A DNA stretch of 60,897 nucleotides, taken from assembly GCA_903860195.1 (NCBI GenBank), contig CAIOPO010000061.1, positions 1 to 60,897 of the forward strand. Direction: 5' to 3'. The translations under genes were made by a program, and so were the position numbers. Origin of the DNA: an uncultured Opitutia bacterium. GTDB taxonomy: Bacteria; Verrucomicrobiota; Verrucomicrobiia; Opitutales; UBA953. This document shows, one piece after another, positions 1-8,514 of this stretch. The notes below the pieces were generated by a model. That model did no database searches and was not told the DNA's origin. It saw nothing but the letters and a program-made list of their open reading frames with translations. How positions within the stretch are numbered: position 1 is the first letter of the stretch; the number at the start of each line of letters is the position of its first letter.

Positions 1-503
1 CCGTTCTGCTGGGGGCCAGGAAGGCCTCCAGAGTGCTCCAAATCGACATCGAGAAGGGACTCTGCCGTCCACTTGCCCTGTCTCCAGACCCTGCTTGCCC
101 CATTTGCGGCCCCCAGCCCCGTATCCGGGCCATAGACCCTGCTCACTACACCTTCAACTGCCCCACCGTCACCATGACAGAACACCCCTTGGAACTCTCA
201 GTCCGGGAGGCCGCCGCCGCCCTCAGCTCCCCCAAGCCGCCCCTGCTCATCGACGTCAGGGAGCCGGATGAGCACGCCATCTGCAGGATAGCCGGAGCCA
301 AACTGATCCCGATGGGACAGATTCCTGAGCGCCTTGGCGAACTGCCCAAGGACGCGGTCATCCTTGTCCATTGTCACCATGGCGGTCGCAGCCTGCGCGT
401 GACCCAGTTTCTCCGCGCCAAGGGCTACCCGGCCGTGTCCAATGTCAAGGGAGGCATCGACGCCTGGTCCCGCGAAGTGGACGCATCCGTCCCCCGGTAT
501 TGA
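1..503 (+). CDS. MoeB/ThiF-type adenylyltransferase, C-terminal part with fused rhodanese domain (5' end outside window)
   Basis: The reading frame is open from nt 3 (VLLGARKASRVLQIDIE...), so the listed start at 33 is probably internal. It has a DPACPICG Cys pair as in MoeB/ThiF C-termini. Rhodanese hallmarks follow: LLIDVREPDE, active-site loop HCHHGGRS and GGIDAW. Confidence 0.8.
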   Translation, partial: VLLGARKASRVLQIDIEKGLCRPLALSPDPACPICGPQPRIRAIDPAHYTFNCPTVTMTEHPLELSVREAAAALSSPKPPLLIDVREPDEHAICRIAGAKLIPMGQIPERLGELPKDAVILVHCHHGGRSLRVTQFLRAKGYPAVSNVKGGIDAWSREVDASVPRY

Positions 504-553
504 GGTTTAGAGGCTTGCCGACCCCGCCGCCCCGTCACATTTCTGTCTCACTC

Positions 554-1180
554 ATGAAGCGTCTATCCCTGCTCCTTCTGATCGCCGGCCTGAGCGTCGG
601 TTGCACCTCGCGTCTTCCTGACGGTTTCGATTCCTCCGGCAAGGTCGGTGGGAAAGGAACTGGAAACGGTTTCTCCGATCTGGACACCCGGCCTTCAGGT
701 TTTGGCTCGGTGGCCGACATGATCCGCAATGGCACCATCCCGCCGGAGGCCATTCTCACCACCGTCTACTTCGACTTCGACCGTTACACCGTCGGTTCGG
801 CCGAGCGCGCCAAGCTTGACGCCATTTCCGGTCGCGCCCGCGCCACGAAGATCATCGTGGCCGGCTACACCGACCAGTTCGGCACCGAAGAGTACAACCT
901 CGCCCTCTCCGACCGCCGTGCCAACTCCGTGCGCGACTACCTGGTGGGCCTCGGCTGCGCCAACGCCAACATCGAGATCATCGCCCTCGGCGAGCAGCAG
1001 GCCGACAAGAACGCCGCCGGACGCCAGTCGGGCGCCAAGGACCGCAAGGCCATCGTCGTGGACGTCAACTACGCCAGCGCGATCAAGCAGCCGACTTCCG
1101 CTGCGGCTCCCGCTCCCGCGCCGGCACCCGCTTCGGCTCCCGCTCCGGCTCCGGTTCCGGTCTCGGGCTCCGCGCTCTGA
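554..1180 (+). CDS. OmpA-family (Pal-like) peptidoglycan-binding lipoprotein with C-terminal Ala/Pro tail
   Basis: The ATG at 554 gives a signal peptide plus lipobox (MKRLSLLLLIAGLSVGC). An OmpA C-terminal-type motif is present (GYTDQFGTEEYNLALSDRRANSVRDYL). The listed ORF start at 371 would add an Arg/Pro-rich, non-protein-like leader overlapping the upstream gene. Confidence 0.85.
   Translation: MKRLSLLLLIAGLSVGCTSRLPDGFDSSGKVGGKGTGNGFSDLDTRPSGFGSVADMIRNGTIPPEAILTTVYFDFDRYTVGSAERAKLDAISGRARATKIIVAGYTDQFGTEEYNLALSDRRANSVRDYLVGLGCANANIEIIALGEQQADKNAAGRQSGAKDRKAIVVDVNYASAIKQPTSAAAPAPAPAPASAPAPAPVPVSGSAL
1100..1162 (+). repeat. Low-complexity coding Ala-Pro tract (AAAPAPAPAPASAPAPAPVPV) at the extreme C-terminus of the OmpA-like lipoprotein
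   Basis: Read directly from the translation and DNA (gctccc/gcgccg/gctccg iterations). The periodicity is imperfect. Confidence 0.7.
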
Positions 1181-1200
1181 GCTGCGATCCAGCCAAGACG

Positions 1201-1230
1201 AAGGCCCGCCGTTGGCGGGCCTTCTTTTTT
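1201..1230 (+). terminator. Rho-independent terminator after the OmpA-like gene (hairpin also lies just downstream of the convergent dsbD-like gene)
   Basis: Perfect 10-bp stem aaggcccgcc / ggcgggcctt (1201-1210 pairs with 1214-1223), 3-nt loop gtt, then c + tttttt (1225-1230). Confidence 0.8.
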
Positions 1231-1249
1231 GAAGTCCACCTCAGCGCGC

Positions 1250-3268
1250 TCAGGGCAGGCTGAGGAAGAGGTACAGCACCGTTCCAGCGTAGAGCAAGGC
1301 CGAGACTGCGCGGCCGACCGCGCGTTCACGGTCTCCGCGATGCGGGGCGGTCCAGCGGCCGTAGATCCAGCAGGCGGCCGCGATGACCGCCAGGCCGATC
1401 GACGCGTTGCGCACCCAGTCCGCGTCCTCGACCAGTGCGTTGAGGACCCACAGCAGGTACAGCGCATAGGCGAAGAGAGGGAAGGACATGCCCTGCTTGA
1501 GGGATTCCATCCATTCACCGGGCTTGGGCAGACGGGAGGAAAGCCCCGGGAAGATCGCCAGGAGCAGGTAGGGAAGGGCCATGCCGGCACCGATGACCAG
1601 GAAGAACAGCACCGTCTCGACGCCTGAGCGCTGCTGATCCAGCGCAAAGCCGAGCGCCGCGCCCAAGCCCGGGGCCGTGCAGGGAGTCGCGACCGCCGTG
1701 GCGAGCACTCCGGAGAAGAATGAATTGGCGCCCCCTTGCACCGCCCCCGCCATGTTCCCGGCGAAGCCGGCACCGACTTCGAACACGCCGGAGAAACTGA
1801 GCCCGAGGGTCAGCATCAGCACGCAGGTCGCCAGCACGAAGCCGGGGGACTGCATCTGGAAGCCCCAGCCCACGGACGCGCCGCCGGCCTTGAGGGCGAC
1901 GATGAGGGCGCCGAGCGCCATGAAGCTCACCACCACGCCGAGCGAATAGAGTCCGGCGTTGGTGACCGCCGTGCGGCGGTCCGCAGCCGCGTCCTTGGCG
2001 AACGAGAACACCTTCAGTCCGATCATCGGGAACACGCAAGGCATCAGGTTCAGCAGTGCTCCGCCGAGGAACCCGAGGGTCAGCCAGTAGGCGACGGGGT
2101 GAGTCTCGACGGCGACCTCGTGGGCCCTGCCGGCGGCGACGGCGTCCAGCGCGGCCACGACTTCTCCGCCGGTGAGAATTTCCGACAGGATGGCCACGGG
2201 CGCCCCCTGCTTCAGCGCGACATTGAGCGGAATGCCCTGTCGTCCGTATTTCCTGAGTTCCCCCGCGATGACATCGTCCTTCTTCGTCCAGTCGGCCTTC
2301 ATCAGCACCACCCCGTGGGTGGCGAGGGCGCGTTTCACTTCGTCCTGGGAATAGACGCGCTTGTTGGCCTGGCAGGTCGCGCACCAGCGCGCCGTGAAGT
2401 CGACGTAGACGATCTTCCCCTCGGCCAGGGCCTTCGCCTGCGCGTCCGGCGACCAGGGGAGCCAGTCTCCCGAGGGGGCCGCGGCGGACTTGACTGCGGG
2501 CGCCGAGGGCGCCGACGACGATGCGAGCGTCGCCTCGATGTTGACGAAAGTCCCGTCGGAACGGCGGGTCGTGAAGGCGAGCTTGGAATCGGACAGCTTC
2601 TCCGTCGCGTCCTTGGTCGACAGGGTCACCTTGCCGTCGGCGTGCTTCTGCTGGAACGTGGCCGTGGGCGTGACGAAGTTGGTGTGCGGGAACCAGGTGC
2701 CCGTAAGCGACGGGTCAGGCGACTGCACCGTCAGCTGGTCGCCCTTGACGCTCGCCGTGGTCTTGAGGGCGGGCCGCAGGTCGGGGTAGAGGCCCGGTTC
2801 GTGCTTCAGCGTCCGGTCCGGTCCGTCCAGGTCGAGCGTCAGGGAGACGTCCTTCTCCTGCGGCACACAGCCCTTGTCGTCGCATTCGAGCCACGACACG
2901 TGTCCCTTGAGCGTCACCTTGCCCTTGGCGCCGGCGGGAATCTCGACGGGAATCAGGATGAGCGTCTCGTCCTCGTAGACGAAGTTATAGACCCCGGCCT
3001 GATCCAGCATCTTGGGGCCCGGCCAGATGAATTCGCCGGGAGTGAGCCCCGCCTTGTCCGTCCATTCCACCGTCGGGGATTCGCCCGCGTCCCCGGGGTT
3101 CTTCCAGTAGACGTGCCAGTGCGGGTCGCACTTCATGCGCAGGGCGATCGTGGCCTTGCCGCCCGGGGCCGCGTCGCTGAGGGCGACGAGGTCGACCTGG
3201 GTCCGGACGGCGCCCAGCAGCGGAGCGAGGGGCAGGAGGAGGGCGAAGAGCAGGGGCAACTGGCGCAT
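1250..3268 (-). CDS. DsbD-family thiol:disulfide interchange protein (N-terminal DsbD-alpha-like domain, thioredoxin domain, then C-terminal DsbD transmembrane domain)
   Basis: Signal peptide MRQLPLLFALLLPLAPLLGA. Alpha-like region DPHWHVYWKNPGDAG. Thioredoxin CxxC in FTARWCATCQANK. Transmembrane-domain cysteines in LLNLMPCVFPMIGLKV and VATPCTAPGLGAALGFA. Multiple hydrophobic helices run to the C-terminus. Confidence 0.85.
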   Translation of the reverse strand: MRQLPLLFALLLPLAPLLGAVRTQVDLVALSDAAPGGKATIALRMKCDPHWHVYWKNPGDAGESPTVEWTDKAGLTPGEFIWPGPKMLDQAGVYNFVYEDETLILIPVEIPAGAKGKVTLKGHVSWLECDDKGCVPQEKDVSLTLDLDGPDRTLKHEPGLYPDLRPALKTTASVKGDQLTVQSPDPSLTGTWFPHTNFVTPTATFQQKHADGKVTLSTKDATEKLSDSKLAFTTRRSDGTFVNIEATLASSSAPSAPAVKSAAAPSGDWLPWSPDAQAKALAEGKIVYVDFTARWCATCQANKRVYSQDEVKRALATHGVVLMKADWTKKDDVIAGELRKYGRQGIPLNVALKQGAPVAILSEILTGGEVVAALDAVAAGRAHEVAVETHPVAYWLTLGFLGGALLNLMPCVFPMIGLKVFSFAKDAAADRRTAVTNAGLYSLGVVVSFMALGALIVALKAGGASVGWGFQMQSPGFVLATCVLMLTLGLSFSGVFEVGAGFAGNMAGAVQGGANSFFSGVLATAVATPCTAPGLGAALGFALDQQRSGVETVLFFLVIGAGMALPYLLLAIFPGLSSRLPKPGEWMESLKQGMSFPLFAYALYLLWVLNALVEDADWVRNASIGLAVIAAACWIYGRWTAPHRGDRERAVGRAVSALLYAGTVLYLFLSLP

Positions 3269-3312
3269 GCGGCATCGTGGGCCGCCTTACGCCCGTTGGC
3301 AAGTGCCGCAGG

Positions 3313-4701
3313 TCAGTCCTTGAGCGCGCAGGGCAGCAGCGCCGCGTCGGTCATCCCGTGGATGATCTTCTTGTCCGCCGGGCAGAAGGTCGCGAGCACG
3401 CCCGCGAGCTCGGTCGAATCGCGGTCCACGAGGAAGTAGGGGCAGAGCCGCACCCGTCCGTCCGCCTGCGTCACCGAGCCGTCCTCCGCATAGACCGGGT
3501 GGCGGAGCCGGGACGGCTTGTGATACTCCTGCATCACGTGGAACGTCTCATTGTCGGGGCTGAGGGCTGACTCGATCGCGTCGAGCCATTCTTCGCGGGA
3601 GACGTCGCTGCCCAGCGTCACGCTCCGGGCGCCCCAGGCCGTCTCGTGGAAGCCCGAGGCCTTGATGATGAGGTTGCGTTCCCGCTGGGAGGCGTCCGCC
3701 AGCTCGGTCCATTCGCGGATCGGCCGGCCGCCCACGGCCGGCGCATGCAGCACCGCGGTGGGCGGGAGCTCGATCCGTTCCATGATCCAGGTTCGCGGCA
3801 CGATGCGCATGAGCGCCTCCAGATGGTCCTCGGGCAGGTTCTCCTTCCAGAACTCCGCCAGCTGCGGATGGTGCAGCAGCGCCAGCCCCAGCTTCTCCTC
3901 CTGGAAAGCCTTCATCGGCGGCGTGAGCGTCAGCTTGCCCGCCTCGACCGAGGCGAAGATGCCCTCGGCGCTCTTCACGTTCGCCAGGTCGAAGAGCTCG
4001 AAGAACCGGTAGAGCAGGTCGACCTTGCGCGGCGCGCCGTCCACGGGGATGAACGACTCATCCCCCATCCGCATCACCTGGGAGGGGTCGGCGACGTGGA
4101 CGTCATGGCCGAGGTCACGCAGGCGTCCGGCGAGCCATTCGAACTCCGGGCGATAGGTCGCGGACTCCTCGCTGACGACGATCGCGATGAGCGGGAACTT
4201 CTGCGCGGGCGTCAGGGCGGCCAGCGCCTTGTGGAAGCGGGCGGGCATCTCGTTGCCCCCGATCACCGAGGGGAAGTCTTCCGCATAGACCTCGTTGAGG
4301 TAGGCGGTGAGCCCGACGCCTCCCGGAACGCTGTCCAGTTCCGTCATCGTGAAGCCGCCTTCCGTGACCAGCAGGTCGGGCCGGAGCACCACCGGATGCT
4401 GACCCTTGACCGAGCGGTGACGGCCGTGCTCGACCAGTCCGGCGGGCTTGTGCCGGTCGAGGTATTCCGCCACCCAGGGCGCGTGGACCTCGCGGTTGCG
4501 CAGGATCTTCCGTCCGGAGGCAGAGCGCACGTAGAGTCTTTCCAGGGCGCGTTGGTAGCTCAGGCAGGCTCCGCCGATGGTCCGCAGCTCCCGCAGCTGC
4601 GCCGAGGTGATCGGCCAGGGTTCGGGGGAGAGACGCCAGATCTTCTCGGCGAAGAGAGGCGGTTCCAGCAGCTTCTGGCGGAGCACGTCCCGGCTGGGCA
4701 T
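3313..4701 (-). CDS. Conserved hypothetical protein with ATP-grasp-like C-terminal half (glutathionylspermidine-synthase / permuted ATP-grasp flavour); substrate unknown
   Basis: 462-aa ORF starting 3 nt after the prfB stop. The C-terminal pattern NLIIKASGFHETAWGARSVTLG ... EEWLDAIESAL ... FHVMQEYHKP ... RLCPYFLV resembles the layout of ATP-grasp ligases. This is a by-eye assignment only. Confidence 0.4.
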   Translation of the reverse strand: MPSRDVLRQKLLEPPLFAEKIWRLSPEPWPITSAQLRELRTIGGACLSYQRALERLYVRSASGRKILRNREVHAPWVAEYLDRHKPAGLVEHGRHRSVKGQHPVVLRPDLLVTEGGFTMTELDSVPGGVGLTAYLNEVYAEDFPSVIGGNEMPARFHKALAALTPAQKFPLIAIVVSEESATYRPEFEWLAGRLRDLGHDVHVADPSQVMRMGDESFIPVDGAPRKVDLLYRFFELFDLANVKSAEGIFASVEAGKLTLTPPMKAFQEEKLGLALLHHPQLAEFWKENLPEDHLEALMRIVPRTWIMERIELPPTAVLHAPAVGGRPIREWTELADASQRERNLIIKASGFHETAWGARSVTLGSDVSREEWLDAIESALSPDNETFHVMQEYHKPSRLRHPVYAEDGSVTQADGRVRLCPYFLVDRDSTELAGVLATFCPADKKIIHGMTDAALLPCALKD

Positions 4702-4704
4702 GGC

Positions 4705-5850
4705 TCAGTCCTCGATCTTGATGTCCTTGTTGCGCGTGCGCGGTCCGCCCGCGCGCAGCCAGCCGTTGATGAAGGCGTCGATGTCGCCGTCCATCACCGC
4801 CTGGATGTTGCCCGTCTCGACCCCCGTCCGGAGGTCCTTGACCATCTGGTAGGGCTGGAAGACGTAGGAACGGATCTGGTTGCCCCAGCCGATGTCGCCC
4901 TTCTCGCCGTAGAAGCGCTCCATCTCGGCCCGCTTGTCGTCGATCATCTTCTCGTAGATCCGGGCGCGGAGGATCTTCATGGCCAGCGCGCGGTTCTTGA
5001 CCTGCGAACGTTCGCGCTGGCACGCCACGACGATGCCGGTGGGGATGTGGGTCAGGCGCACGGCCGACTCGGTCTTGTTGACGTGCTGGCCGCCCTTGCC
5101 GCTGGAGCGGTAGACGTCGACCCGCAGGTCCGACTCGGCGACCTCGACGTCGATGTCGTCGTCGATCTCCGCCACCACGTCGACGGAGGCGAACGAGGTG
5201 TGCCGGCGGGCGTTGGCGTCGAAGGGCGAGATGCGCACCAGCCGGTGCACGCCGCGTTCCGCCTTGGCGTAGCCGTAGGCGTTGGGCCCTTCGATCCGGA
5301 ACGTCGCCAGGCTGATGCCGGCTCCTTCGCCTTCGGCGAGGTCCTCGACCTCGACCTTGAAGCCGCGTCGCTCGGCCCAGCGGGTGTACATGCGGAAGAG
5401 CATGTCCGCCCAGTCGTTGGACTCCGTGCCACCGGCGCCGGCCTTGACGGTCACGATGGCGTTGGAGCGGTCGTGAGGTCCGGAGAGGAAGGAGGAGATC
5501 TCGAGGTCGGCCACGGCCAGGAGCAGGTCCGCCGCGAGCTTGCGCAGCTCCTCGAGCTCGGCGTCGGCCGTGCCGTCGCCGGATTCGCCGATCAGCTCGG
5601 CGAGCGTCTTGGCGTCGTCGAGCTGGCGGCGGAAGGCCAGCTGCGGAGCGACGACGTTCTTGAGGCCGTTGCAGTCGGCGATGACCTTCTGGGCCGTCTT
5701 CTGGCTGTCCCAGAAGGTGGCGCCGGCCATCTGCTCCTCGAAGGCCGCGATCTGCGCCTGCTTGCCGGGCACGTCCAGGAATTTCCAGAGGTGGCCCGAA
5801 CGGCGTTCGACCTCCTCCAGATTGGCTCGTATTTCGGGCGGGATGTACAT
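4705..5850 (-). CDS. prfB: Peptide chain release factor 2 (single uninterrupted ORF, no +1 frameshift site)
   Basis: RF2 SPF motif ([18 protein letters not shown]), GGQ motif ([34 protein letters not shown]) and N-terminal coiled region. Confidence 0.95.
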   Translation of the reverse strand: MYIPPEIRANLEEVERRSGHLWKFLDVPGKQAQIAAFEEQMAGATFWDSQKTAQKVIADCNGLKNVVAPQLAFRRQLDDAKTLAELIGESGDGTADAELEELRKLAADLLLAVADLEISSFLSGPHDRSNAIVTVKAGAGGTESNDWADMLFRMYTRWAERRGFKVEVEDLAEGEGAGISLATFRIEGPNAYGYAKAERGVHRLVRISPFDANARRHTSFASVDVVAEIDDDIDVEVAESDLRVDVYRSSGKGGQHVNKTESAVRLTHIPTGIVVACQRERSQVKNRALAMKILRARIYEKMIDDKRAEMERFYGEKGDIGWGNQIRSYVFQPYQMVKDLRTGVETGNIQAVMDGDIDAFINGWLRAGGPRTRNKDIKIED

Positions 5851-5955
5851 CGCGTGAGGGCGGGTGATAGGTCACGTGCTCCCTCTTTTCAATGGCAGAG
5901 TGCCGTCGGCAGGCATCGCGCTTGCGCCCGTCGGGCGCGGCGGCATACCTGCCGC

Positions 5956-8514
5956 ATGTCCGCATTAGAAGGCCTGAGCCACGAGCAGATCGCCGGACCG
6001 CCGCCGGAACGTCGGGTGCTGTCCAACGGCCTGGAGGTGCTCTACTGCGGCCGTCCGGGCATCGGTCTCTGCACGGTCCAGGCCTGGGTGCGCACCGGTA
6101 GCGTCGACGAAGGGGAGTGGGAGGGTTCGGGCATCTCGCACTACCTGGAGCACATGGTCTTCAAGGGCACGGAGCGTTTCACCGGCCGGCAGCTGACGGA
6201 GGCCATCCATCGGGCCGGAGGCTCGTCCAACGCCTACACGACCTTCGACCGGACGGTCTATTACGTGGATGCGCCCGAGGAGGGCTTCGAGGTCGCGATG
6301 GAGGCGGTGTCAGAGATGGTGTTCGCCCCGATCCTGTCCGAAGAGGACGCCCGGACGGAGCGCGAGGTCATCCTGCGGGAGATCGCGATGCGCGACGACG
6401 ACCATGACTCGGTCCTGGCCGAAGCCGTGCTGGCCGAGTCCGTCCGGAGGAATCCCCTGCGTCACCCCATCATCGGGCATCGCGAGCTCTTCGTGCGCCT
6501 GACGCCGGAGGACCTGCGGCGCTATCATCAGGGCCGCTACGCCCCTTCCAACGTCGTGCTCGCGGTCGGCGGCTCGATGCCCGCCGAGCAGGCGTTCGAT
6601 CTCGCGGAACGTTGGTTCGGCTCTCATCCCCGGCGTCCGGTCCTGGAATCGGCGCCTCCCTCCGAGCCGCCTCAGGCCTCGCAGCGACGAGTCGAGGTGA
6701 TCAGGGACGTCAGCACCTTGCGCGGGGTGAGCTGCTGGCGGGCGCCGACCTTGTTCGACGACGGCCGGGCGGCCTTCGACATGTTCCTCGGGGTGCTGGG
6801 TTCGGGGCAGAGCTCGCCGCTCTGGCGTGAGCTCCGGGAGAAGAGGGGTCTGGTCCACGGCATCGACATCTCGCCATTCGGAACCCGGCAGGTCGGCCTG
6901 GCCTGGGCGGGCTGGAACGCCCAAGGGGACGCCGATGCGGAGACGATCGAGCGCGCCATTTCCGAGGTGGCGGCGGACACCGTGCGCAATGGGGTGGACG
7001 ACGTCGCCCTCGCCCGGGTGCGGCGACAATCGGTGGTCGCCCTGGTCAACGGGCTGAAGTCGATCCACGGTCTCACCGCGCGCGCGGCCTCCACCGCCAC
7101 GGCCGGACACGACGTCGGCTGGACCCTGCGCTCCATCCGCAAGCTGGCTTCGCTCACGGTCGAGGAGGTCGCCGCCGAGGCCGGGCGCTGGATGAACACC
7201 GACTCCCTGACCTGCGGCGTCCTCCGCAAAAGCTCCGCGCCGAAGTCCGTCGCGAAACGTGACGTGGCCGCACGACGGGATGGGGAGTTCGAGGTTCGCG
7301 CCCTCCGCAACGGAGTCCGCGTGGTGCTGCAGCGTGATGATTCGCTGCCCAAGTCAGGCTTTGGAGCCTTCATGTCCGCCGGCGGCCCCTTCGAGCCCGA
7401 AGACAGGCGCGGAGCGACCGCCCTGCTTTCTACGATGCTCACCCGGGACGCGGGGGGACGGACCCATGCGGAGATTTCCGCCGAAGTGGACGCCCTGGGC
7501 ATGACGTTCGGAGAGCATTCCTCCCAGCTCAGCTGCGGCCTCTGGGGGGAGGCGCTGGTCCCCGATTTCGGACGTGCGCTGCGCCTGGTCTCCGACGGCA
7601 TGCTCTCGCCTGGCTTCACCCCTGAATCCTTCGAACAGGAGAAGGCGGCGCAGATCGCCGCCTGCAAGGAGGCGGAGGACGACATCGTCGAGAAATCGCG
7701 GCTTGCGCTCCTGAAGCGCTTCTTCGGCGACCATCCGCTCGGCACCGATCCCTCCGGCACCCCTGATAGCCTCGGACGCAACTCCCTCGAGGACGTCCGC
7801 GCCCTTCATCGTTCGCTCGTCTCGCCGTCAAACCTCGTGCTGGGCTTCTCCGGAGTCGTGGACTTCGAGGAGGCCATGGCGCGGGCGGAGGAGCGCTTCG
7901 GCGCCCTGCCGGCGGCCCCTTTTGAACGGAAGACCTTCCTGCGGCACAGTCCCCTGGACGCCTCCAGAGCCAGGATGGAGGCCGTCGGCGAGCAATCGGT
8001 GGTGTCGGTGGCCTTCCCCCACTGCGGATTCGGAACCGACGAGGTCGTGGCGGCCGGCATCGTGGACGAACTCCTCACCGGCATGGCCTCCGGGCTCTTC
8101 CGGCGCGTCCGGGAGGAGCGGGGCCTGGCCTATTTCGTGGGGGCTTCGCGGGTCGAGACCGTCGACCAGGGCATGTTCTACGTCTACGCCGGCACCGCGC
8201 CCGGCTCCGAGGAGGAAGTGCTGCGTGAGATGCGCGGGGAGCTGGAACGCATCCGCGAAGGCCGGTTCACTCCTGACGAGGTGGAGGCCGTGAAACGCCG
8301 CATGCGGGTCGCTCGCAGGCAGTCCCGGCAGTCACCCGGCGCGAGGATCCAGGGCGCGATGCTCCGTGAACTGGTCGGCCTGGGCGCCAACTTCGACTCC
8401 GAGTGGGAGCGCCGGATGTCGGCCACGGGCCCCGAGCAGGTCGCCGAATACGCCCGCCGCTGGCTGCGCGAGTGCCACGAGCAGGAGCTGGTCGTCGTGC
8501 CTACTCGCTCCTGA
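5956..8514 (+). CDS. M16 (pitrilysin) family zinc peptidase, double-length fusion of an active and a non-catalytic M16 unit
   Basis: ATG at 5956, in frame with the listed 1622-aa ORF. HxxEH zinc motif in GISHYLEHMVFKGTERF with downstream EREVILREI. The second half (from ~GEFEVRALRNGVRVVLQRDD) repeats the M16 fold without HxxEH. Confidence 0.85.
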   Translation: MSALEGLSHEQIAGPPPERRVLSNGLEVLYCGRPGIGLCTVQAWVRTGSVDEGEWEGSGISHYLEHMVFKGTERFTGRQLTEAIHRAGGSSNAYTTFDRTVYYVDAPEEGFEVAMEAVSEMVFAPILSEEDARTEREVILREIAMRDDDHDSVLAEAVLAESVRRNPLRHPIIGHRELFVRLTPEDLRRYHQGRYAPSNVVLAVGGSMPAEQAFDLAERWFGSHPRRPVLESAPPSEPPQASQRRVEVIRDVSTLRGVSCWRAPTLFDDGRAAFDMFLGVLGSGQSSPLWRELREKRGLVHGIDISPFGTRQVGLAWAGWNAQGDADAETIERAISEVAADTVRNGVDDVALARVRRQSVVALVNGLKSIHGLTARAASTATAGHDVGWTLRSIRKLASLTVEEVAAEAGRWMNTDSLTCGVLRKSSAPKSVAKRDVAARRDGEFEVRALRNGVRVVLQRDDSLPKSGFGAFMSAGGPFEPEDRRGATALLSTMLTRDAGGRTHAEISAEVDALGMTFGEHSSQLSCGLWGEALVPDFGRALRLVSDGMLSPGFTPESFEQEKAAQIAACKEAEDDIVEKSRLALLKRFFGDHPLGTDPSGTPDSLGRNSLEDVRALHRSLVSPSNLVLGFSGVVDFEEAMARAEERFGALPAAPFERKTFLRHSPLDASRARMEAVGEQSVVSVAFPHCGFGTDEVVAAGIVDELLTGMASGLFRRVREERGLAYFVGASRVETVDQGMFYVYAGTAPGSEEEVLREMRGELERIREGRFTPDEVEAVKRRMRVARRQSRQSPGARIQGAMLRELVGLGANFDSEWERRMSATGPEQVAEYARRWLRECHEQELVVVPTRS

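Noticed and set aside
1100-1162. I considered the Ala-Pro-encoding repeat as a possible variable tandem repeat or contingency locus.
   Set aside because: The repeat units are imperfect at the DNA level, and the tract is an in-frame low-complexity linker-like tail. It is noted as a feature only.
5760-5800. I looked for the programmed +1 frameshift site (CUU UGA C) near codon 25 of prfB.
   Set aside because: The gene is one continuous ORF (…[11 protein letters not shown]…, DNA CTC TGG AAA TTC CTG GAC) with no in-frame UGA. A substantial minority of bacteria lack the autoregulatory frameshift, so this is not anomalous.
3646-5955. The 5' 770 codons of the listed 1622-aa plus-strand ORF (3646-8514), which would be a giant protein.
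   Set aside because: This part lies antisense to the ATP-grasp-like gene and prfB. It is Arg/Gly/Asp/His-rich with no motifs, and the recognisable M16 peptidase only begins at the in-frame ATG 5956. It is a typical stop-codon-poor antisense frame in GC-rich DNA.
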